A stretch of DNA of 64,000 nucleotides from an uncultured cyanobacterium (GCA_963703315.1 OY969811.1:4352001-4416000); one strand, 5' to 3'; shown: positions 19,514-30,310, numbered from the stretch's first letter. The notes: generated by a model not told the origin, from the letters alone. Numbers and translations are program-made.

Positions 19514-19625
19514 TAGCTGTCGCCAGTTTGGTAAGACACAAACCCAAGAAGCCGAGTTGCGGCGCGAAGCGCCGCAACTCGGCTTCTTGGGTTTTGATTT
19601 TTCCTAATACAAATGGCGACAGCTA
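19514..19625. mobile_element. MITE-like family D (112 bp), nested in a family C hairpin, TA duplicated
   Basis: TAGCTGTCGCCA...TGGCGACAGCTA ends; long central perfect hairpin; TA on both sides. Confidence 0.88.
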
Positions 19626-19737
19626 TAAAAATGGCTTAGCCATTTTTAGTTTTGGTATAAACGTCGATCGCAGGGTAATCTAAAGTAAGTGCTTCACAGC
19701 ACATCTGATTTTATGTGGGAAAGTTTTAAGGATTGAA

Positions 19738-20571
19738 ATGAAGTCATATTTGGCGGCCGCCGTACAAATGACCAGTGTCTCAGATGTAGACAAAAATCTG
19801 GCTCAAGCAGAAGATTTGATCCAACTGGCAGTGAATCGAGGTGCAGAATTAGTTTGTCTACCTGAAAACTTTTCGTTTTTGGGTGATGAGAATGAAAAGA
19901 TCAGGCTTTCTACAGAAATTGCAGAGAAAAGCGAAAAGTTTTTAGTTACGATCGCCCAGCGCTATCAAATACTGTTACTGGGTGGTGGTTTTCCAGTACC
20001 TGTATCCCATGCCCAGAATGGAGATGTGGGCAAGATGTATAACACGGCGCTGTTGATTGGTCGTGCAGGTGAAGAACTGGCGCGTTATCGCAAAATGCAT
20101 CTTTTTGATGTCAATCTTCCTGATGGCAATATCTATCATGAGTCAGCAACAATCCTTGCGGGTTCTGAAGCGCCGCCTGTATATAGTTCAGACAAATATG
20201 GCAATTTAGGTCTGTCGGTTTGCTATGACGTGAGGTTCCCAGAGCTATATCGACATTTGTCTAAACATGGGGCAAATGTTTTGTTTGTACCTGCGGCATT
20301 TACAGCATTTACAGGTAAAGATCATTGGCAGGTTTTATTGCAAGCTAGGGCGATCGAAAATACGAGCTACGTGATTGCACCTGCTCAGGTAGGTATGCAT
20401 ACACCGCGCCGCCAGTCTCATGGTCATGCGATGATCATTGATCCTTGGGGAATTGTGTTGGCGGATGCAGGCGATCGCACAGGTGTGGCGATCGCGGAAA
20501 TTCAACCCTCTCGCATTGACCAAATCCGTCGCCAGATGCCATCCCTAGAACATCGCACTTTTTCTTTTTAA
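19738..20571 (+). CDS. Carbon-nitrogen hydrolase (Nit1/deaminated glutathione amidase-like)
   Basis: LPENF, YRKMHLFD, VCYDVRFPE (Glu-Lys-Cys triad), ARAIEN. Confidence 0.9.
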   Translation: MKSYLAAAVQMTSVSDVDKNLAQAEDLIQLAVNRGAELVCLPENFSFLGDENEKIRLSTEIAEKSEKFLVTIAQRYQILLLGGGFPVPVSHAQNGDVGKMYNTALLIGRAGEELARYRKMHLFDVNLPDGNIYHESATILAGSEAPPVYSSDKYGNLGLSVCYDVRFPELYRHLSKHGANVLFVPAAFTAFTGKDHWQVLLQARAIENTSYVIAPAQVGMHTPRRQSHGHAMIIDPWGIVLADAGDRTGVAIAEIQPSRIDQIRRQMPSLEHRTFSF

Positions 20572-20830
20572 AAACGCAAGAATGCAACGCGCTTTGCGCG
20601 TTCATTCTTGGTTCAGAAACAGATTTTTAGTGGCGCACCGCGCCACTAAAAATCTGTTTCTGAAGCAGGAATATAGAAAATCAGTCTGCGTCTTTTCTAC
20701 TTTCTTAACTTGATCATTATGAATCTGTATTAAAATTAGATGCATAGCTATCCTAAATACTGCCTAGATTCATTCGGATTTAATTAATTTTTTATAAGCT
20801 CCATCAACTTCCTTTCTGGCGCGAGCAGTC

Positions 20831-21991
20831 ATGCAATCCTTTCCTACAATCGGTAATACGATTCGTCCACTTCAACATCGAGATCTAGAGTTTATTCAGC
20901 GATTTGCATCGCCCCATGATCTCGAACAGATTGCGGTCAGCGATCTCAGTGGTTGTCGCAGCCGCCAAAAAGTTAGCTTGCATCAATTAGCTAGCTGGCT
21001 ACCTGCGCCTGTACAGACCTTACTCAATCCCTACGTGCGTGCCTACGTCTCCGAATGTAATGGCGTTATTCAGGGCTTTATCAGAGTTTCACCGTTTAAC
21101 AACAACAGCAGTACTTGGAAAATCGATCGCGTTGTTGTCTTGCCTGAAGCTCAAAATGGTCAGCATCATGTCGGTACGCAATTGATCCGTTATTGCCTAG
21201 AGTCTTGTCTGGAGGCTCGTACGTGGGTGCTACAAGTTGACATCAACCAAAAAGATACGATCGCCCTTTATCGCCAGAATGGGTTCCAGCCGCTTGCCCA
21301 ATTTACCGATTGGGAAATCGGAGCGGAAAACCTGCGAGAACTTGCTCAGCATTCTCCTGATCTGCCAAATTTGATGCCTGTCAGTAATGCTGACGCTAGT
21401 TTGCTCTATCAGCTTGATACAGCCGCGATGCCTCCTCATATCCGTCAAGTTTATGATCTGAATATCGATGATTTTCGAGCCAAGACGATCGATAAGCTAA
21501 TTAATCATGGTTCCTTGCTGATTAACCATCTCCAAGATGTGTCGGGTTATGTCTACGAGCCACAACGCAAAGCGGCGATCGGGTACTTTTATTTGCTACT
21601 ACAACGTCCAAATGTCAATCAGTCTAACGAAAAACTCGTTCACCATTGCCAACTAACTGTACATCCTGCTTATACTTGGCTCTATCCTGAACTAACTTCA
21701 CAAATTGCCCAGATTGTTACCAATCAATCCCTTGAAAATTCCAGTCTGCAATTGTCTTCGGCTGACTATCAGCCCGAACGTGAAGACTATTTAGAAAATA
21801 TCCAAGCTCAACGACAAGGGCATTCCTTGTTAATGGCGCGATCGGTATGGCACAAAATTCGTGAGACTAAATCTGTCATTGATGGTTTACAACTGTCACG
21901 AATGCTATCAGGTTTACAGCCCAACCAAAAGCCAGTTCCAGGCAGGATTGAAAATATATCACAGCATCAACATACTGATGAACTGTTATAG
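20831..21991 (+). CDS. Cyanobacterial GNAT-family acetyltransferase
   Basis: GFIRVSPFN...TWKID, ALYRQNGFQPLA, LTVHPAYTWLYPEL, LMARSVWHK. Confidence 0.8.
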   Translation: MQSFPTIGNTIRPLQHRDLEFIQRFASPHDLEQIAVSDLSGCRSRQKVSLHQLASWLPAPVQTLLNPYVRAYVSECNGVIQGFIRVSPFNNNSSTWKIDRVVVLPEAQNGQHHVGTQLIRYCLESCLEARTWVLQVDINQKDTIALYRQNGFQPLAQFTDWEIGAENLRELAQHSPDLPNLMPVSNADASLLYQLDTAAMPPHIRQVYDLNIDDFRAKTIDKLINHGSLLINHLQDVSGYVYEPQRKAAIGYFYLLLQRPNVNQSNEKLVHHCQLTVHPAYTWLYPELTSQIAQIVTNQSLENSSLQLSSADYQPEREDYLENIQAQRQGHSLLMARSVWHKIRETKSVIDGLQLSRMLSGLQPNQKPVPGRIENISQHQHTDELL

Positions 21992-22276
21992 CGATTGCAT
22001 TTTGCCTACGGCAAAATGCAATCGCCAAACCCTTACTGTGATTGTTTTATGTTCTGCCAATATGGCGATCGCTAATCTTGTTAATCCCTTCCCAGTGAAT
22101 AATTATTCACTTTACAACACCTATTCTTTCTGTGGGAAGCGAGTAGAAGACAAAAATATTTTTATAATCAACAGACTTGGTTTTGGTTCAATTTATACAA
22201 AATAGTGATCCATAAGGTCGCTAGGATTAGATACTGGAAATTTAGGCATTGGATGCACCTTTAAAAAAGCTTGACT

Positions 22277-24865
22277 ATGAAAATTCTCAAAATCCAGACA
22301 TTACGTGGTCCCAATTATTGGAGTATCCAACGACATCAACTTGTAGTTGTGCGATTAGATTTAGAGGATTTTCAGGTACAACGCCTCGGTTTCTATCAAA
22401 ATTTGTGCAAGGTACTGCCAAGTCTTGCAGGAAAAGATATTGCTCAGCGTCCTGAGATCAGTGATGCTGACTTCTTGGCAGAAATAGTCAAAGATATTGC
22501 GATCGCCCTGCAAGGCTATATCGGCATGAAAGTAGACTTTGGGGTAATTAAACCCACTGTCGAACCTAATATTTATCAAGTTGTATTTGAGTATCACACT
22601 GAGCAAGCAGGGCGCTACGCCGCAAGAGCCGCCGTGCGAATTTGTACCAGTATTTTAGAGACGGGAACCTATGCAACTACTGAGTTGCAAGAGGATCTAA
22701 AAGACTTAAGAGATATTCGCCTTGATGGTCAGTTAGGACCAAGTACCGAGTCAATTGTTGCTGAAGCTAAGGCGAAAAAAATTCCTTGGTTAGAACTAGG
22801 TAGCCGTGCCATGATTCAATTGGGCTACGGTATATACCAAAGTCGAATCCAAGCAACCTTATCGAATAAAACGGGGATTCTCGCGGTTGAATTGGCTTGT
22901 GATAAAGAGGGAACCAAGCAAATTCTTAGGGATTCAGGTGTACCAGTACCAAGAGGAACTACGATCCGATCGCCTAAGTATTTAGAAGATGCGATCGCCG
23001 AAGTTGGTGGATTCCCCATTGTGATTAAGCCCTTAAATGGTAATCATGGACGCGGTATCACCATCGATGTGCGGACAGTCAAAGAGGCGATCGATGCCTT
23101 TGACATGGCACAAGAAGTCTCTGAAGAAGTAATTATCGAGCGCTTCCATACAGGTCGCGATCACCGTGTACTAGTCATTAATGGCAAATTTGTTGCTGTT
23201 GCCGAGCGTGTACCTGCAAATGTCACAGGTGATGGCGTGTCATCCATCTCGCAACTCATAGAAATTACTAACCAAGATCCTCGTCGGGGCGATGGTCATG
23301 ATAACGTCTTGACCCGCATTGAGATCGATCGCACTAGTTTGGATATTCTCGCTAGACAAGGCTTTACCCTAGAGTCTGTACCACCCAAAGGACAAATTTG
23401 TTATCTCAAGGCAACCGCTAACCTGAGTACAGGTGGTGTGTCTGTAGATCGCACTGATGAAATCCACCCCGAAAATATTTGGTTAGCCGAACGGGTTGCC
23501 CGAATTATTGGGCTAGACATTGCAGGGATTGATGTGGTTACTGAAGATATTTCCGTCCCCGTGCGCGAAACCGATGGGGCGATCGTCGAGGTCAATGCTG
23601 CCCCCGGATTCAGAATGCATACGGCTCCTAGTATCGGTACACCGCGCAATGTTGCGGCTCCTGTTATCGATATGCTGTTTCCCGCAGGTTCACCATGCCG
23701 TGTCCCAATTGTGGCAATTACTGGCACAAACGGTAAAACCACAACCACACGCCTCATTGCCCATATCTTTAAGCAGACTGGCAAAAGGGTCGGTTTTACT
23801 ACTACCGATGGTATTTATATTGGCGAATGCTTAGTGGAAAAAGGCGACACGACAGGTCCCTATAGCGCTCAAGTAATCCTCCGTGATCCCACTGTCGAAG
23901 TCGCAGTTTTAGAAACAGCTAGAGGCGGTATTTTGCGATCGGGCTTAGGCTTTGATGGCAGTGATGTCGGCGTGGTGATGAATGTGCAAGCTGATCACCT
24001 TGGCATTGGGGACATTGACACGATCGAAGATCTAGCACGATTGAAAAGTGTAGTTGTCAGAACGACGCTACCTAGTGGTTACGCCGTACTTAATGCTGAT
24101 GATCCTTTGGTTGTGGCAATGGCAAAAGAGGTGCAAGCAAAGGTAGCTTATTTCAGCATGAATCCTGACAGCAGCCTCATTAAATCTCATGTTGCTAATG
24201 GTGGTCTAGCGGCTGTCTATGAAGATGGCTATCTCACGATTGTGAAAGGAGATTGGAAGTTACGGATTGAAGAGGCGGTGAATGTGCCTGTGACCCTCGG
24301 TGGTCGAGCAGCCTTTAATATTCAAAATGCTCTAGCCGCAAGTTTGGCAGCCTTTACCCAAGATGTGCAGATTGAGCAGATTCGGCAAGGGCTAGCTACC
24401 TTTGTGGCTTCTAGCTCGCAAACCCCAGGACGCATGAATTTATTTGACTTGGGTAAGTTTCAGGCATTAGTCGATTATGCTCACAATCCTGCGGGATTTA
24501 AGGCGATCGCCGATTTCATTCAGAAATGCCCTGGTGAAGCGATCGGTGTAATTGGCGCACCAGGTGATCGCCGTGATGAGGACATCATTGAGCTAGGACA
24601 ACTAGCGGCGGGAATGTTCTCGCGGATTTTCATCAAAGAGGATAAAGATCTACGCGGTCGTCAGCCTCGTGTAGTTGCTGACCTGCTGCGTCAAGGCATA
24701 GAAGCAATCAATGCCAATATTCCCTGTATTACAATTCTTGATGAAGCGGAAGCCCTCACAGCCGCCTTGGATAGCGCTCCTCAGAGCAGTTTAGTTGTGG
24801 TATTTCCCGATAAAGTGGATGCAGCTATTGCTATCATTGAATCGCGAAAGTCTAAACTGCTGTAA
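22277..24865 (+). CDS. cphA: Cyanophycin synthetase (CphA1 type)
   Basis: MKILKIQTLRGPNYWS; ATP-grasp KPLNGNHGRG and EVNAAPG; Mur-ligase TGTNGKTTT and DYAHNP. Confidence 0.95.
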   Translation: MKILKIQTLRGPNYWSIQRHQLVVVRLDLEDFQVQRLGFYQNLCKVLPSLAGKDIAQRPEISDADFLAEIVKDIAIALQGYIGMKVDFGVIKPTVEPNIYQVVFEYHTEQAGRYAARAAVRICTSILETGTYATTELQEDLKDLRDIRLDGQLGPSTESIVAEAKAKKIPWLELGSRAMIQLGYGIYQSRIQATLSNKTGILAVELACDKEGTKQILRDSGVPVPRGTTIRSPKYLEDAIAEVGGFPIVIKPLNGNHGRGITIDVRTVKEAIDAFDMAQEVSEEVIIERFHTGRDHRVLVINGKFVAVAERVPANVTGDGVSSISQLIEITNQDPRRGDGHDNVLTRIEIDRTSLDILARQGFTLESVPPKGQICYLKATANLSTGGVSVDRTDEIHPENIWLAERVARIIGLDIAGIDVVTEDISVPVRETDGAIVEVNAAPGFRMHTAPSIGTPRNVAAPVIDMLFPAGSPCRVPIVAITGTNGKTTTTRLIAHIFKQTGKRVGFTTTDGIYIGECLVEKGDTTGPYSAQVILRDPTVEVAVLETARGGILRSGLGFDGSDVGVVMNVQADHLGIGDIDTIEDLARLKSVVVRTTLPSGYAVLNADDPLVVAMAKEVQAKVAYFSMNPDSSLIKSHVANGGLAAVYEDGYLTIVKGDWKLRIEEAVNVPVTLGGRAAFNIQNALAASLAAFTQDVQIEQIRQGLATFVASSSQTPGRMNLFDLGKFQALVDYAHNPAGFKAIADFIQKCPGEAIGVIGAPGDRRDEDIIELGQLAAGMFSRIFIKEDKDLRGRQPRVVADLLRQGIEAINANIPCITILDEAEALTAALDSAPQSSLVVVFPDKVDAAIAIIESRKSKLL

Positions 24866-24873
24866 AGTCGCCT

Positions 24874-25851
24874 ATGCCTCGTGTAATTTGTCTTGGCGAA
24901 GTTTTAATCGATCAAATTGCTGAAGATATTGGTGTTCCCTACGAGCAAGTTAGTTCGTGGAAGCCATACTTCGGTGGAGCGCCTGCTAACGTCGCCTGTG
25001 GCTTAGCTAAGTTAGGCACACCTGTGAGCTTAATTAGCTCCATCGGTCAGGATGCCACAGGAACTAGTTTACTGAAACAATTAGGTACAGCAGGGGTAGA
25101 AACTTCAGGGGTACAGGTACATCCTGAAGCGACTACCCGTGAAATATACGTTACTCGCGATGCTCAGGGCGATCGCAGTTTTGCAGGTTTTAATGGTGAT
25201 GCGGACACTGTATTTGCCGATACTTTGATGTCCGCAGAGCATCTGCCTGACCATTTATTTGCTGATGCCAAATTTTTGGTGTTAGGTACGCTCGGTTTAG
25301 CTAATCCGCAAACTTCAAGGGCGATCGGTCGAGCGCTCAAACTTGCCGAAGAGAATTTTGTCAAGGTGATTGTCGATATCAATTGGCGAGAGATGTTCTG
25401 GAAGCATCCCGAACAGGTAGTAAAGCTATTACCTGTTTTGCTGAAATACACAGACTTCCTGAAAATGACTGAAGATGAGGCAAAGTTACTGTTCCGCCTG
25501 ACTAGTCCCGCCGCGATCGCCCAAGCCTATAACCATCTGGAAGGGATTATCATCACTAATGGTGATAAGGATTGCCGTTACTATTTAGGAGAAAGGCAGG
25601 GTAAGCACTCTGTGTTTCCTGTGTATTCTCTCGATACAACGGGGGCAGGTGATGCATTTTTAGCGGGATTTATCCATAGGATTTATCACTGTCCGCTTAC
25701 CAAATTGACTGATCCCAAATTTGCTGATGAGGCGATCGCCTATGCCTGTGCCGCAGGTGCTTTGACCACCTTAGAGATGGGAGCGATTTCTGGACAACCA
25801 AGCGATCGGCAAATTCGCGAATTTTTAGCCATGCGTGAAGCAAAACATTAA
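24874..25851 (+). CDS. PfkB-family carbohydrate kinase (fructokinase-like)
   Basis: GGAPANVACGLAKLG, DTTGAGDAF. Confidence 0.9.
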   Translation: MPRVICLGEVLIDQIAEDIGVPYEQVSSWKPYFGGAPANVACGLAKLGTPVSLISSIGQDATGTSLLKQLGTAGVETSGVQVHPEATTREIYVTRDAQGDRSFAGFNGDADTVFADTLMSAEHLPDHLFADAKFLVLGTLGLANPQTSRAIGRALKLAEENFVKVIVDINWREMFWKHPEQVVKLLPVLLKYTDFLKMTEDEAKLLFRLTSPAAIAQAYNHLEGIIITNGDKDCRYYLGERQGKHSVFPVYSLDTTGAGDAFLAGFIHRIYHCPLTKLTDPKFADEAIAYACAAGALTTLEMGAISGQPSDRQIREFLAMREAKH

Positions 25852-25895
25852 CTTGCTTGTCGCTTTGCGGCAAGTAATCATTCTTAGAAAAAATT

Positions 25896-26198
25896 ATGCA
25901 CGTTCTCTCTTTGCCAACTTGGATAATTCATATTTCTAGTGTGATCGAATGGACTTTAGCGATTTGGCTCATTTGGCAGTACGACAAACAGCATCCGCAG
26001 CGTGGTTGGCGTAATTTAGCATGGGCAATGTTTCCTGCTTTAGTTAGTGCGATGTGTGCAGTTACTTGGCACTTTTTTGATAATGCTAACTCGTTAGATT
26101 GGCTAGTAACCGTGCAAGCGGCAATGACCCTGATTGGTAACTGTACCTTGGCGATCGCCGCCTACTTCATCTGGAAAATATCGCGAACAAACTCATAA
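25896..26198 (+). CDS. ycf49: Ycf49/DUF2499 membrane protein
   Basis: MHVLSLPTWIIHISSVIEW...SAMCAVTWHFFDN. Confidence 0.85.
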   Translation: MHVLSLPTWIIHISSVIEWTLAIWLIWQYDKQHPQRGWRNLAWAMFPALVSAMCAVTWHFFDNANSLDWLVTVQAAMTLIGNCTLAIAAYFIWKISRTNS

Positions 26199-26251
26199 AT
26201 TTAATGTTGTGTTGAGGTGCTTTACATTTCAACACAACATAGTATGAATAT

Positions 26252-26533
26252 ATGCCCAAAGAAGCTTTATTTGGATTATCTCTATTTCCTTACCTCGCCT
26301 TTCTCTGGTTTGCCACCAAATCAAAGCAATTTCCTAAATTGGGGCTATGGGGTTTTTATGGCACATTAGTATTTGTGGCGATTACAATTCCCGCAGGTAT
26401 CTATGCTCAAGTTCAATATAAGGATGTTCTGGCGAATGTCGATTGGCTGCATGGAAGTGCTGAATCTTTTCTAACTATTACGAATATTTTATTGGTTTTA
26501 GGCTTTAAAAATGCTCTGAAATCACAAGACTAA
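26252..26533 (+). CDS. DUF3593 membrane protein
   Basis: LSLFPYLAFLW...LANVDWLHGSAESFLT; usual partner of DUF2499. Confidence 0.85.
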   Translation: MPKEALFGLSLFPYLAFLWFATKSKQFPKLGLWGFYGTLVFVAITIPAGIYAQVQYKDVLANVDWLHGSAESFLTITNILLVLGFKNALKSQD

Positions 26534-26636
26534 CCCAAGAGAAGGGCATCGCGGAGCGATGCCCTTCTCTTGGGAGTGAATCGCTATAATGAGTAATTAT
26601 GGAGATCATTTCGCTAACTACTGAGACGAGGAATTT

Positions 26637-27014
26637 ATGAACAGACATTATCAATCCATTTCTCAGATTTCAATGGTTGCAATCTTGGCGATCGCTAGTA
26701 CGGCAATCAGTCCTGCATGGGCGCAAGACGAATCGATTCAACCACGTAGGGGTGATGCTGATCGCTTACGTCCTTCACAAGGTCAGCCCATCTCACCAAC
26801 CAATACGGATCAGTTTTCCTTAGAAAGAGATGTGTCAAATTCTAATCTCCAGATTCAGAATGTCAATCTCGAAGTTGAAGCGATTCAACCAGTAATCCCT
26901 GGTAATTACAACGCTTCACCCCAAAAAGTCAATAAATTGGGCAGTTTCAGTACCGATCCACTTAATGCTGTCCAAATTTTTCAAGGTTCTGGCACATCTC
27001 CCCGTGAAAAATAG
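26637..27014 (+). CDS. Hypothetical secreted protein
   Basis: Signal-peptide-like N-terminus ending PAWA; RBS-like gagg upstream. Confidence 0.55.
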   Translation: MNRHYQSISQISMVAILAIASTAISPAWAQDESIQPRRGDADRLRPSQGQPISPTNTDQFSLERDVSNSNLQIQNVNLEVEAIQPVIPGNYNASPQKVNKLGSFSTDPLNAVQIFQGSGTSPREK

Positions 27015-27036
27015 CATAGAGAGTTAGCGCAAAGCG

Positions 27037-28062
27037 CTAACTCTCTATGAGTAAATGTCCTGTAGCTAAGCCGCAAGCTCGCTGAATTGGTAAAGCAGCA
27101 GCTAATGCAAACGCGGCTTTACGAGCGATCGCCCCATCAATGGTCGTGGTTATGACTACATCTAAACCAGCATGAAATGCAACTAGTGCCGCCTGATGAG
27201 CAGTTAAAATTCCTCCTAATGCCATTGGCTTGAGAATGATAATATCGGCGGCTTGTGCGTTAATTACTTGCTGCAACTGTGTAAGGTTATTGACCGATTC
27301 ATCGGCAGCGATCGGAATTGATTGCGATCGCCTAACGACCGCCATACCTTCTAAATCACGAGCGATCACAGGTTGCTCCACATATTCTATTTGCAGAGGT
27401 GCTAGTTTTTTTAAATTAGCGATCGCCTCAGTTACTGACCATCCTTGATTAGCATCAATGCGAATCTGGATATCATTTCCAACTTGCGATCGCACTGCTT
27501 CCACTCTTTTAAAATCTGCATTAAAGTTCTTGGTTCCCACTTTAATCTTGAGACAACGATAACCTTGCTGAATATATGCCTGTGCTTTGGCAACAGCTAA
27601 TTCAGGAGCGATCGCACCAATCACAGCATTTAATGCCACCTGTTCCCGCACTTTTCCCTTAACAGAATTTGCTAATAATTGCGAAATAGATAAACCTTGC
27701 GCTTGGGATAATAAATCTAGTAATGCTAGTTCGATTCCATGTTTTGCCGCAGGCGTAGAATCATATCTCGTGAGTAAGTTCTCAATATCATTCAAGTTAT
27801 GGATTTCGGAATTAATTAGCGATCGTTGAGCTTCCTTGAGAACCATTTCTGTCATTGTCAGTGATTCCATGCCAAACCCATCAAGGGGCGCAGATTCACC
27901 TAAGCCAATATGCTGAGATCCTTGATGAGGTAAGCGATCTCTAATCTCAATTATAAATCCCTCACGATGAGAAAGAATACCTAGTGCGGTCGGGAATGGT
28001 TCGTGAAAGGCTAATCGATAAGGTCGATATTGAAGAGATTGAACAATCAAATTCACAATCAA
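27037..28062 (-). CDS. menC: o-succinylbenzoate synthase (enolase superfamily)
   Basis: GESAPL, KIKVG, RIDANQGW, YVEQP, IAADES, ILKPMALGG. Confidence 0.8.
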   Translation of the reverse strand: MIVNLIVQSLQYRPYRLAFHEPFPTALGILSHREGFIIEIRDRLPHQGSQHIGLGESAPLDGFGMESLTMTEMVLKEAQRSLINSEIHNLNDIENLLTRYDSTPAAKHGIELALLDLLSQAQGLSISQLLANSVKGKVREQVALNAVIGAIAPELAVAKAQAYIQQGYRCLKIKVGTKNFNADFKRVEAVRSQVGNDIQIRIDANQGWSVTEAIANLKKLAPLQIEYVEQPVIARDLEGMAVVRRSQSIPIAADESVNNLTQLQQVINAQAADIIILKPMALGGILTAHQAALVAFHAGLDVVITTTIDGAIARKAAFALAAALPIQRACGLATGHLLIES

Positions 28063-28178
28063 TTTCCAGCTAAATTAACTCAAAAGTTATAAAAAGTTAT
28101 AAGAATTTCAGTTCATGTTGCAAATCAGCTTTTATCGTTTATAGTCATGTTACAGACCTCTTGAGAGAGTTTAAGGTA

Positions 28179-28520
28179 ATGATTAAGAAAAGTTTTTTGA
28201 TTTCTGCAAGCCTGATTGCTGTTAGTTTAGTGGCAAATGTCACTTCCGCTTCTGCTGAGCAGTGGTATTTCTATGTTAAAAATAGCAGCAATTCTACAAT
28301 CAAGAAATTACTGGTAGGGGAGCCAGAAAAGACTTGGGGACAGTTTGATATTGGCTCAGGCATTGCTGTGGGGGAGAATACGAAGATGGTTTGGGATAGC
28401 TCCACTGACAATCAACAGTGCAAACAATGGATTAAAGCTCAATTTGCAGATGGTAGCGAAAGCGCTCCAGCATACATTGACTTTTGCAAAAATCTCGATG
28501 ACCCAATCGTATTCCAGTAA
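28179..28520 (+). CDS. Hypothetical secreted protein with a Cys pair
   Basis: Signal peptide ending ASA; two Cys residues. ATG 28179. Confidence 0.65.
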   Translation: MIKKSFLISASLIAVSLVANVTSASAEQWYFYVKNSSNSTIKKLLVGEPEKTWGQFDIGSGIAVGENTKMVWDSSTDNQQCKQWIKAQFADGSESAPAYIDFCKNLDDPIVFQ

Positions 28521-28662
28521 ATCAAGTTTGCTTCTACTTCTCAAGGGGAATGGAGTTTAGAAGTCAAGACAAAGAAAGAGTGAGCAAAGCTCACTCTTTC
28601 TTTGTCTTGACTAACTATAAAAGAGAGGGTTGGCGCTTCGCGCCACCACTCTCTTTTGGGTT

Positions 28663-29256
28663 TTATTGGGGAGATTCAAGGACGCGATCGATTAAGCCGT
28701 ATGCAAGAGATTCCTGTGAAGACATATAGTAATCACGATTCATATCACGCTCGATCTTTTCAAGGGGCTGTCCAGTGCGCTTAGCATATTCCTCATTGAG
28801 CTTTTGGCGAATGCGAATAATTTCTCTCGCCTCAATCTCAATATCCGAGGCTTGTCCCCTTGTACCACCTGAAGGTTGGTGAATCATGATTCGCGCATTG
28901 GGCAAAGCATAGCGCTTACCTTTAGAGCCTGCCATCAACAAATAGGAACCCATCGAAGCGGCTAAGCCTACACAAATGGTTGTTACATCGGACTTGATAT
29001 GCTGCATGGTATCAAAGATCGCCAACCCTGCGGAGACCGATCCCCCAGGGGAATTGATATACATATAGATATCTTTGTTTTGATCTTCAGAATCGAAGTA
29101 CAGCAGGCGGGCAATGATCGAATTTGCCATCCCATCTGTAACTTCGCCACTTAAGAAAATGATGCGCTCCATGGATAGACGCTCGTAGATGCTAATCCAC
29201 TGCGTAAAGGAGTCTCCAGGATAGCGATAGGGAACTCTAGGAACACCGATGGGCAT
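28663..29256 (-). CDS. clpP: ATP-dependent Clp protease proteolytic subunit (ClpP3 type)
   Basis: [32 protein letters not shown]. Confidence 0.95.
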   Translation of the reverse strand: MPIGVPRVPYRYPGDSFTQWISIYERLSMERIIFLSGEVTDGMANSIIARLLYFDSEDQNKDIYMYINSPGGSVSAGLAIFDTMQHIKSDVTTICVGLAASMGSYLLMAGSKGKRYALPNARIMIHQPSGGTRGQASDIEIEAREIIRIRQKLNEEYAKRTGQPLEKIERDMNRDYYMSSQESLAYGLIDRVLESPQ

Positions 29257-29349
29257 AGTTTTGTTAATTATTTTTCAAGTGTTGAAAATCTCTAAAATCT
29301 GAATATTAGGATGTGCGGCGCTTCGCGCCGCACATCCTAATATTTGGTT

Positions 29350-30051
29350 TTAAACAAGGGCAGGAAGAGCTTTTGGTAAATCCTTAGTACTTTCAAGGAC
29401 GCGATCGATGAGACCATACTCTTTAGCTTGCTCAGGAGTCATATAGAACATCCGATCCATATCCTTAGTTAGTACTTCAGGTGTTTTACCAGTGGTACGG
29501 GAGAGGATGCGTAACATTGCTTCTCGGTTAGTCAAGACTTCCTTTGCCTGAATTTGCAGATCAGAGGCTTGTCCTCTGGTTTGGCGGCGAGCTTGATGTA
29601 ACACAATGGTGGCGTTGGGTAAACTGGCGCGGAAACCTTTAGTGCCACTAGCGAGGATCATCGCTGCTGTTCCCATTGCTTGTCCGAGGCAAATCGTATG
29701 CACGGGAGGCTTGATATAGTTGAGTGTGTCACAAATGGCAAAGGCTTCGGTTTCAAAGCCGATCGCATCACCTGTGTACCAAGATGTCCCCGTGGAGTTG
29801 ATATATAGGAAAATCGGTTTTTCGGGATCTTCGTATTGCAAATATAAAAGTTGGGCGATGAGCAATTCTGTAACATCGACACCAAGCTGCTGTTTGTATT
29901 CGTCGGGTGATACAAGAGGCAACCCAAAATAAATAATTCGCTCTTTCAGTAATAGCGAAGGTAAGTCAGGCGGCGGTGTGCGTCCGTATGACGAATCCCC
30001 TGAATAGGCGGCTTGTGCGGCTTGGGGAACAGAGCGAGAAGGTCGATCCAT
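29350..30051 (-). CDS. clpR: ClpR non-catalytic Clp subunit
   Basis: RTPPPDLPSLLLKERI, YINSTGTSWY, GQAMGTAA (catalytic Ser absent); directly upstream of clpP. Confidence 0.92.
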   Translation of the reverse strand: MDRPSRSVPQAAQAAYSGDSSYGRTPPPDLPSLLLKERIIYFGLPLVSPDEYKQQLGVDVTELLIAQLLYLQYEDPEKPIFLYINSTGTSWYTGDAIGFETEAFAICDTLNYIKPPVHTICLGQAMGTAAMILASGTKGFRASLPNATIVLHQARRQTRGQASDLQIQAKEVLTNREAMLRILSRTTGKTPEVLTKDMDRMFYMTPEQAKEYGLIDRVLESTKDLPKALPALV

Positions 30052-30310
30052 GTTTATTCGTGTTGATGACACTAACACTGTTAGCTTATCACAGCGATCC
30101 CACTGCTTATAGGCAACACTCGCGAAGATTGAGTAGGGTTAGCCGCCTATGGCTAAATGTCTAGCGCGATCGCTTCAATAGCAAGTTTTATCCCAATTCC
30201 CAAAAGTGTTGTCACACTTTCGCAAACTATAAGCAAAGCAAGCTTTGCTGAGGACATAAAACCCAAAAAGTGAGTGGCGGCGCTTCGCGCCGCCACTCAC
30301 TTTTTGGGTT

